DNA from: an uncultured Candidatus Saccharibacteria bacterium
Lineage (GTDB): Bacteria > Patescibacteriota > Minisyncoccia > Phycocordibacterales > JAKFXT01
Length of the DNA stretch: 49,460 nucleotides
Assembly (NCBI GenBank): GCA_964348535.1
Contig: CAYGDB010000001.1
Location: 1-49,460 of the forward strand
Direction of reading: 5' to 3'
Both the position numbers and the translations under genes were made by a program. The notes beneath the pieces are model-generated. The model was not told where the DNA came from. It searched no databases and saw nothing but the letters and a program-made list of their open reading frames with translations. Of this stretch, positions 44,065 through 49,460 are shown piece after piece. Within the stretch, counting starts at the first letter, position 1. The number at the start of each line of letters is the position of its first letter.

Positions 44065-44721
44065 ATGATTGAAACGATAGTTTTATTTTTGGAAAAAATC
44101 TTGGTGCCTTACGGAGCGCTTGGTGTTTTTGTGGCTTCTTTCATAGAAGAGATTGTGGCGCCTATTCCATCGGCAATAATTTTACTTGCTTCCGGTTTTC
44201 TTTTTCTGCACGGAGAGCCGTTTTCTTTGATTTATTTATCTAAACTTCTTTTCATTATCGTCATTCCGGCTGGAGTTGGCATGGCTCTCGGTTCTTTGTT
44301 TATATACGGCATAGCATATTGGAGTGGCAAACCGGCTGTAGTTCGTTTTGGAAAGTATTTCGGTATCAGCTGGTCTGATGTTGAAAAAGCCGAAGCCAAA
44401 TTCGCCAAATCAACCGCCGATGAGATTGCCATTATTTTGCTTCGGGCTCTTCCTGTGGTGCCAAACACCGCCGTTTCCGCTCTCTGCGGTTTGATTAGAT
44501 TTCCGTTTTTAAAGTATCTGCTCCTCTCTATGATCGGACTTTTTTTGAGAGCTTTAGTTTTGGCCGTTATTGGAGGACAGGTTGGTTCTATTTACGATAA
44601 TTACGGAGTCTATATAGAAAAAATAGAAAATTATATTATGCTCGGTTTTGTTCTAATCACGGTTGCAATATTTGGAGGGCTTTACTATAGAGGCAAAGTG
44701 AAACATAATAAAAAAGTATGA
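44065..44721 (+). CDS. DedA/SNARE-associated family membrane protein
   Basis: ORF 44011 starts at TTG; ATG 44065 (MIETIVLF) is preferred. GALGVFVASFIEEIVAPIPSAIILLASGF is the DedA signature. Confidence 0.8.
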   Translation: MIETIVLFLEKILVPYGALGVFVASFIEEIVAPIPSAIILLASGFLFLHGEPFSLIYLSKLLFIIVIPAGVGMALGSLFIYGIAYWSGKPAVVRFGKYFGISWSDVEKAEAKFAKSTADEIAIILLRALPVVPNTAVSALCGLIRFPFLKYLLLSMIGLFLRALVLAVIGGQVGSIYDNYGVYIEKIENYIMLGFVLITVAIFGGLYYRGKVKHNKKV

Positions 44722-45099
44722 AAACTATATTAAAATTCTTTGATAAGTTTGAAGATGTCAGCAGAACAAAACTTTCAAAATTTCCGATATTTTATGCTAT
44801 TGTGGGCGGGTTCGGCATTGTGCTGTTTTGGAGGGCGGTCTGGATTATCGCTGACCGAACACCGCTTATTTCCAATCCTTACATCTCGCTTTTTTTTGAG
44901 TGTGTCTGTCCTCCTTGCCACAGGTCTTTTTACGGCTTTTTTCATAGGTGATTCCATTTTAATTTCCGGCATTAAAGGCGAAAAGAAACTTATTGAAAAA
45001 ACCGAAGTTGAAATAAAAAAAGAGAGTTCCGCTCTTTTTGACATTAAAAATGAGCTTAAGGAATTGAGGGCGGCCGTTGAGAGTCTTAGAAATCGTTAA
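44718..45099 (+). pseudogene. Small 2-TM + coiled-coil membrane protein split by a +1 frame change at a T8 tract
   Basis: Frame of ORF 44718..44951 gives TM1. Frame of ORF 44740..45099 gives TM2 plus a coiled coil. The switch point is T8 at 44890-44897, and one T fewer fuses them. Confidence 0.6.
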
Positions 45100-45136
45100 A
45101 GTTTGAATTAAAAATTTTAAAATAATCCAAATTAAG

Positions 45137-45472
45137 ATGAAATTGGTTTCAAAAATTGTTGTGGTGGCGCTTGCTTTGATTCTGGCCCAGAATATCGTGC
45201 CCGGTATTTTAGTGTCCGGATTTCTAACCGCCCTCATGGTGGCGATTGTTCTTGGTATTATAAATCTCATAGTTCGTCCAGTTCTACTGCTTTTAACTTT
45301 ACCTATCACACTTCTTACGTTCGGATTATTTGCCTTGGTATTGAACGCCCTTCTATTTTGGGGAGCGTCATACCTTGTGCCCGGTTTTTCGGTCTCCGGT
45401 TTTGTCTCGGCGTTTTTGGGCTCACTGATTGTTTCAGTGGCCAACTACATCACCGACCGCGTCTTTTCATAA
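45137..45472 (+). CDS. DUF360 / phage-holin-4_2 family small membrane protein (YvlD-like)
   Basis: 111 aa with 4 TM helices; IINLIVRPVLLLLTLPITLLTFGLFALVLNALLF is characteristic. Confidence 0.7.
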   Translation: MKLVSKIVVVALALILAQNIVPGILVSGFLTALMVAIVLGIINLIVRPVLLLLTLPITLLTFGLFALVLNALLFWGASYLVPGFSVSGFVSAFLGSLIVSVANYITDRVFS

Positions 45473-45526
45473 CTGATACTTCTTAATACACATAATTCAT
45501 AATTCTTACTTCATAATTCATACCCT

Positions 45527-46516
45527 ATGGCTTTTATTGATGAATTAAAATTGAATATTAAGGCCGGACGAGGAGGGGACGGTGTGGTGAGATGGCGTCA
45601 TGAAAGAGGCAAGCCTCTTTCCGGTCCTTCGGGCGGAAATGGTGGAAAAGGCGGCGATGTTTACGCTGTCGGCTCGCGTGATCTTTCGGTGTTGGCAAAA
45701 TATCGCAACACGAAAGAGTTGTCGGCCGAAAATGGCGGGTCTGGAGAAAGTGATAGCAGACATGGTAAAAATGGCGCGGATTTACTGATTGATTTTCCTG
45801 TCGGTTCTGTAATAGAAAGTAAAGAAATTGGAAGAAGCGCCGAGCTTAAAGATGTTGGTCAAAAGGTTCTTTTATTAAACGGCGGACGTGGCGGTCTTGG
45901 TAACGAATATTTTAAAAGTTCCAAAAACACTTCACCGAAAGAAAAGACTGATGGGGTTTCTGGTGAAGGGGCAGGTTTCACTGTAGAGCTTCAACTGATT
46001 GCGGATTTTGGTCTTGTGGGATTACCTAATGCCGGCAAGACCTCCTTACTAAATGCTCTGACAAAATCCAAAGCCAAAATAGGCAGTTACGCCTTTACCA
46101 CTCTTGAACCAAATTTGGGAGAACTTCACGGCCGTATCATAGCCGATATTCCTGGTCTTATAGAAGGGGCATCAGAAGGCAGGGGATTGGGTCACAAATT
46201 TCTTCGCCATATCAAGCGCACTCGATTGCTTTTGCATTGTGTTTCTCTGGAGAGTGACAGTATTAAAGAAGATTACGAAACAGTCAGGACAGAGCTTGAA
46301 AAGTATTCTCCCGACCTTTCTAAAAAGCCGGAGATTATTATTCTTACTAAATCAGATGCTATTTCAGCCAAATCCCTTGAGGGAAAATTAAAAGAGGCTA
46401 AAAAACTTAGCGGGCAGTTCTATACCGTTTCGGTGCTTGATGACGCTTCCGTAAAAAATCTGGCTGATAGTCTTACAAAAACATCTTTTGAGTTCAGTGT
46501 TTTGGGGTTTGATTGA
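45527..46516 (+). CDS. obg: GTPase Obg/CgtA
   Basis: FIDELKLNIKAGRGGDGVVRWRHE...GGNGGKGGDVY (Obg fold), G1 GLVGLPNAGKTSLL, ADIPGLIEGASEGRGLGHKFLRHI. Confidence 0.95.
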   Translation: MAFIDELKLNIKAGRGGDGVVRWRHERGKPLSGPSGGNGGKGGDVYAVGSRDLSVLAKYRNTKELSAENGGSGESDSRHGKNGADLLIDFPVGSVIESKEIGRSAELKDVGQKVLLLNGGRGGLGNEYFKSSKNTSPKEKTDGVSGEGAGFTVELQLIADFGLVGLPNAGKTSLLNALTKSKAKIGSYAFTTLEPNLGELHGRIIADIPGLIEGASEGRGLGHKFLRHIKRTRLLLHCVSLESDSIKEDYETVRTELEKYSPDLSKKPEIIILTKSDAISAKSLEGKLKEAKKLSGQFYTVSVLDDASVKNLADSLTKTSFEFSVLGFD

Positions 46517-46574
46517 TAAGTGTAACAAATCGCACCTTGCGAAAGAGTCACAGTAAAGATATATTGTTTTTCTA

Positions 46575-47987
46575 ATGTCAAAACTAGATTACACACCTAC
46601 TATTGGTCTTGAGGTCCACGCGGAATTAAAAACTCGGACAAAAATGTTCTGTAATTCCAAGAATGACTCGGATGATATGCGTCCCAATGTCAATATTTGC
46701 CCGGTTTGCATGGCTCATCCCGGAGTGCTTCCTGTTATAAATAAAGAAGCAGTTCGGCATATTTTAAGGATTGGTGTTGCTGTCGGTGGAGAGCTTGCGG
46801 ATTATACGGAATTTGACCGCAAGAATTATTTTTATCCTGATATTCCAAAAGGTTACCAGATTAGTCAGTATAAGTATCCGCTTGTTTCAGGTGGCTCTTT
46901 AAACGGAGTGTCTATTACCAGAGTGCATCTTGAGGAAGACACCGCTCGCTCTTTACATCAACCTGGTAAAAGTTTGGTGGATTTTAACCGGGCGGGAGTT
47001 CCTTTGATGGAGATGGTTACAGAGCCGGTTATTCATTCAGCGGAGGAGGCGGTTTTTTTTGCCAAAGAACTTCAGCTTCTGTTGAGGACTTTGGGAGCCG
47101 GTGACGCGAATATGGAAAAAGGGGAGATGAGAATTGAGGCCAACATCTCCGTTAGCAAGGGTAGTCAGAAGGGAGTGAAGGTTGAAGTAAAAAATTTGAA
47201 TTCTTTCAGGTCGGTTGAACGCGCCATTCGATATGAAATTAATCGTCAGATAGAAGAAATTGAAAAAGGAGGGAATGTAATACAGGAGACAATGGGTTGG
47301 GATGAAAAAAAAGAAGTTACCTTCCCGCAGCGTTTAAAAGAGGGGTCTCATGATTACAGATATTTTGCCGACCCTGATTTGCCCAAGATTATTTTAAGTG
47401 AGATTCCAGAATTTCATAAAGAAGCAATTTTGAAAACATTGCCCGAGCTTCCTTCTATAAGACGCCAAAGATATGCTTCTCTCGGATTGAAGATGGAAGA
47501 CATTGAGACTCTCGTTCAGGAAAAAATCATAGGTGATTTTTTTGATTCGGTTATTTCAGGCAAAGAAAAAGAATTTGCTCTCCGTTCGGTAAATTATATT
47601 ACATCAGATTTGATGGGTCTTCAGATGAGTAAAAATATTTTTACACTGGGCAAGATTACATCGGAATCGTTTAGAGAAATGATAGAAATGACACTTGATG
47701 GCAGACTCTCATCGAGAGGCGCGAAAGATATTTTGGCGGTTCTTTTTGAGGAAGGGAGAGAGGTTTCCGGTATAGCGAAAGCAAAAAATTTAATCCAAGA
47801 GAGCGATCCAGAAACCATTCTAAAAGTTGTTGACATCGTCATAAATAAAAATCCTCAAGTGGTGTCGGATTACCGAGGTGGCAAGACTTCCTCCATCCAA
47901 TTCCTTATCGGCCAGGTCATAAAAGAAACAAAAGGAGCGGGGAACCCAGAGGTCATTAGAGGGGTGATTGAGGAGAAGTTAAAATAG
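46575..47987 (+). CDS. gatB: Asp/Glu-tRNA amidotransferase subunit B
   Basis: PTIGLEVHAELKTRTKMFC, NICPVCMAHPGVLPV, C-terminal YqeY-like tail; 470 aa. Confidence 0.95.
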   Translation: MSKLDYTPTIGLEVHAELKTRTKMFCNSKNDSDDMRPNVNICPVCMAHPGVLPVINKEAVRHILRIGVAVGGELADYTEFDRKNYFYPDIPKGYQISQYKYPLVSGGSLNGVSITRVHLEEDTARSLHQPGKSLVDFNRAGVPLMEMVTEPVIHSAEEAVFFAKELQLLLRTLGAGDANMEKGEMRIEANISVSKGSQKGVKVEVKNLNSFRSVERAIRYEINRQIEEIEKGGNVIQETMGWDEKKEVTFPQRLKEGSHDYRYFADPDLPKIILSEIPEFHKEAILKTLPELPSIRRQRYASLGLKMEDIETLVQEKIIGDFFDSVISGKEKEFALRSVNYITSDLMGLQMSKNIFTLGKITSESFREMIEMTLDGRLSSRGAKDILAVLFEEGREVSGIAKAKNLIQESDPETILKVVDIVINKNPQVVSDYRGGKTSSIQFLIGQVIKETKGAGNPEVIRGVIEEKLK

Positions 47988-47994
47988 TTAACAC

Positions 47995-48033
47995 AAAAAG
48001 GACCGCCCTTTTTTAGAAAGGGCGGTCCTTTTT
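47995..48033 (+). terminator. Rho-independent terminator after gatB
   Basis: GGACCGCCC (48000-48008) pairs with GGGCGGTCC (48020-48028), flanked by A/T extensions; a T-run follows at 48029-48033. Confidence 0.85.
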
Positions 48034-48058
48034 GTGAGCTTTTTATTTTTATCTAAAG

Positions 48059-48067
48059 TGTGGATAA
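48059..48067 (-). promoter_or_regulatory. Perfect DnaA-box 9-mer (TGTGGATAA on + = TTATCCACA on -)
   Basis: Exact consensus, 40 nt upstream of repeat copy 1. Confidence 0.4.
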
Positions 48068-48106
48068 AATAGTATTTCTCAGTTGGAGGAGATATAAAGT
48101 AATGAT

Positions 48107-48208
48107 ATATAATAGTAAAAGTTAAGTGACGGCTAAAAGTTTTATTTTACAAGGCAAAAAGTTTATCTCTTCCAGACGAGTTACCGAGATAATAGGTTAC
48201 ACCAATGA
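48107..48208 (+). repeat. Direct repeat copy 1 (-10 element + 5' coding cassette)
   Basis: ATATAATAGTAAAAG... through ...GGTTACACCAATGA. I counted 5 mismatches over the 77 aligned coding nt against 48447-48546. Confidence 0.85.
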
Positions 48209-48224
48209 CTTGATACTAAAATAA
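48126..48224 (+). pseudogene. Truncated duplicate of the N-terminal HTH cassette (32 codons, GTG start, early stop)
   Basis: VTAKSFILQGKKFISSRRVTEIIGYTNDLILK* compared with MAESLILQGKKFISSRRAAEIIGYTNDYIGQL... of the downstream gene. Confidence 0.5.
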
Positions 48225-48399
48225 CCTTATTTTACCAGCTGTCTCTGAGTCATCTCAATCCTATGTCTGTGTCTGGCGCCATACTAGCCTACCGAAGCAA
48301 CAAGATTTCCTCCATTCAAAAATATAGGGTCGGTCTTATTTTGAAGGGTTTCTAAAAGAAAAATTGGGGGTAAATTTAGGGAGTATGTGTCAAAGGAAC

Positions 48400-48408
48400 T
48401 TATCCACA
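48400..48408 (+). promoter_or_regulatory. Perfect DnaA-box 9-mer TTATCCACA
   Basis: Exact consensus, 39 nt upstream of repeat copy 2. Confidence 0.4.
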
Positions 48409-48446
48409 ATTTCTCTTTCGGAACGTCATCACGCAGGATATACAGG

Positions 48447-48546
48447 ATATAATAGTAAAAGCTACGATGGCTGAAAGTCTTATTTTACAAGGTAAAAAGT
48501 TTATCTCTTCCAGACGAGCTGCCGAGATAATAGGTTACACCAATGA
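48447..48546 (+). repeat. Direct repeat copy 2 (functional copy)
   Basis: See copy 1. It includes GATATAAT and the ATG at 48467. Confidence 0.85.
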
Positions 48547-49460
48547 TTACATTGGGCAACTTTGTCGTGGCGGTAAAGTCAAGGCGCAATTAGTCGGCAG
48601 AAATTGGTATGTTGAGGAGCAATCCCTTTTTGCTCACAAGCTCGCAAACGGCAAAACCCCACTAAAAGTTTTTGATAATTTTCCAATCCCACCATCCAGT
48701 GAGGTTTCGGAAGTTTTTTATAAGTCTGAATACGCTCCATATCTTCCTGTTTTAAAATCAAAAGTTGAACTTCCCTCAAGCATATCATATAAGGACGCGC
48801 AAAAAACACTCTTACCATATCAAACGCTCGGCGTTATTTTTCGTTCCGAAACCGCTAAAAAAATAATCGCCCTTTCTCTGACAATTACCATTGTCTTCGG
48901 TAGCGCTTTTGCCAGCCAGTCGGAAGCGGCGCTTTCAAATTTGAATTCTTTTGGAAAGGGAACGATGGCTTTTGGAAAATCAATTGTTGACGGTGCCGAG
49001 TATGCTATCTTTGAACCTGAACTTGCTCTCTCTACTCTGGTTGAAATTTTTAATGATGCCGAAAAGAAAAGCGGTTCATTTTTAGCTTTCGCTTTTGATA
49101 GTGGCCTAAAATTATTTGCTCAAAATTGGAATAGTTTTGTTAATGACGGAAATAGCTTTTTGGCCACCAATATTACTTCGATAGAATTAGAAGAAATTCA
49201 AACAGAAGAAATTCAAAATACAAAATCTCTCTCTTCTAAAACCGAAAAGCCTCGGGCTCAATCACCTCTGGTTGTTACCGGCGTTACAAAAGTTGTGGAG
49301 CGTCTGACTGAGCGTGTCCTCTCCGGAGTTTCAAGTGAAGAGCTGGACCTCAGACTTCAACAAATCAACAACAAACTCTCAGGAGAAATCTACAGACTCT
49401 CTTCCGAAAACAACGGTCTCTCCGGCTATCCCTCCGGCCTCTTCACTGTGGCCTCCCAAG
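48467..49460 (+). CDS. HTH-domain (excisionase/MerR-like) protein with one TM segment and a long C-terminal region; 3' end outside the window
   Basis: Not in the ORF track because no stop falls in the window. I translated 331 codons with no stop. SSRRAAEIIGYTNDYIGQLCRGGKVKAQLVGRNWYVEE (HTH_17-like); TM segment KKIIALSLTITIVFGSAFA. Confidence 0.6.
   Translation, partial: MAESLILQGKKFISSRRAAEIIGYTNDYIGQLCRGGKVKAQLVGRNWYVEEQSLFAHKLANGKTPLKVFDNFPIPPSSEVSEVFYKSEYAPYLPVLKSKVELPSSISYKDAQKTLLPYQTLGVIFRSETAKKIIALSLTITIVFGSAFASQSEAALSNLNSFGKGTMAFGKSIVDGAEYAIFEPELALSTLVEIFNDAEKKSGSFLAFAFDSGLKLFAQNWNSFVNDGNSFLATNITSIELEEIQTEEIQNTKSLSSKTEKPRAQSPLVVTGVTKVVERLTERVLSGVSSEELDLRLQQINNKLSGEIYRLSSENNGLSGYPSGLFTVASQ

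Noticed and set aside
44959-45444. 161-aa ORF on the minus strand
   Set aside because: It is antisense to the DUF360/holin-4_2-like gene and the coiled-coil tail of the frameshifted gene. The plus-strand products have recognisable membrane-protein features; this one does not.
45473-45526. Reiterated CATAATTC/ATAATTCAT motifs upstream of obg
   Set aside because: These are short AT-rich reiterations within a 54-nt spacer. They could be promoter or operator elements, but there is no basis to call them.
48107-48546. Possibility that the ~100-nt direct repeats are a CRISPR array or tandem repeat
   Set aside because: There are only two copies, they are ~100 nt long and 340 nt apart, and they contain a promoter and coding sequence. 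No cas genes are present.
1-49460. Search for tRNA, rRNA, tmRNA, RNase P, SRP RNA, transposase, integrase, reverse transcriptase and cas genes
   Set aside because: I recognised no T-arm/GGTTCGAATCC-type sequences, rRNA-like stretches or signature motifs in any intergenic gap. I also saw no such protein motifs in the ORF translations. Absence is by eye only.

Overview
This is a 49.46-kb, low-G+C, very gene-dense bacterial window. I call 45 protein-coding or pseudogene loci, 42 of them on the + strand, and many are joined by ATGA-type 4-nt overlaps. I saw no rRNA, tRNA, CRISPR array, transposase or integrase.

Glycan island (~0.6-36.5 kb): one very large surface-glycan / glycosylation island. 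It contains:
- four GT4-like and four GT2 glycosyltransferases, and an exostosin-like protein
- two ~850-aa YfhO-family membrane proteins and further GT-C-like polytopic membrane proteins
- a GtrA-type protein, a Wzx/MOP-type flippase and a Wzy_C(O-antigen-ligase)-TPR protein
- several SAM methyltransferases
- nucleotide-sugar tailoring enzymes: two UDP-sugar dehydrogenase homologues, a UXS-like SDR, a Gfo/Idh/MocA oxidoreductase and two cupins
- a complete but scattered NeuC/NeuB/NeuA route to a CMP-activated sialic-type sugar

Housekeeping region (36.8-48 kb): murB, secA, obg and gatB, mixed with a CYTH protein, a Phd/RelE-type toxin-antitoxin pair, DedA and small membrane proteins. A partial HTH-membrane gene runs off the 3' end.

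Structure not explained by the genes:
1. A palindromic repeat element sits in frame inside one YfhO gene, and a second, hairpin-less copy lies in the murB-secA spacer.
2. A promoter-driven, ~290-nt, nested-helix RNA candidate with a C(UUCG)G tetraloop lies upstream of murB.
3. An 18-codon lysine-rich micro-ORF with its own terminator lies upstream of secA.
4. Three perfect DnaA-box 9-mers are all intergenic.
5. A promoter plus 5'-coding cassette is duplicated.
6. A T8-associated frameshift splits a small membrane-protein gene.
7. Two G+C-rich single-gene cassettes are present.

Gene content and style suggest a small-genome Patescibacteria/CPR-like organism, but that is inference. All functional calls rest on motif recognition in the supplied translations and my own reading of the DNA. 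No database search, folding program or statistics were run.
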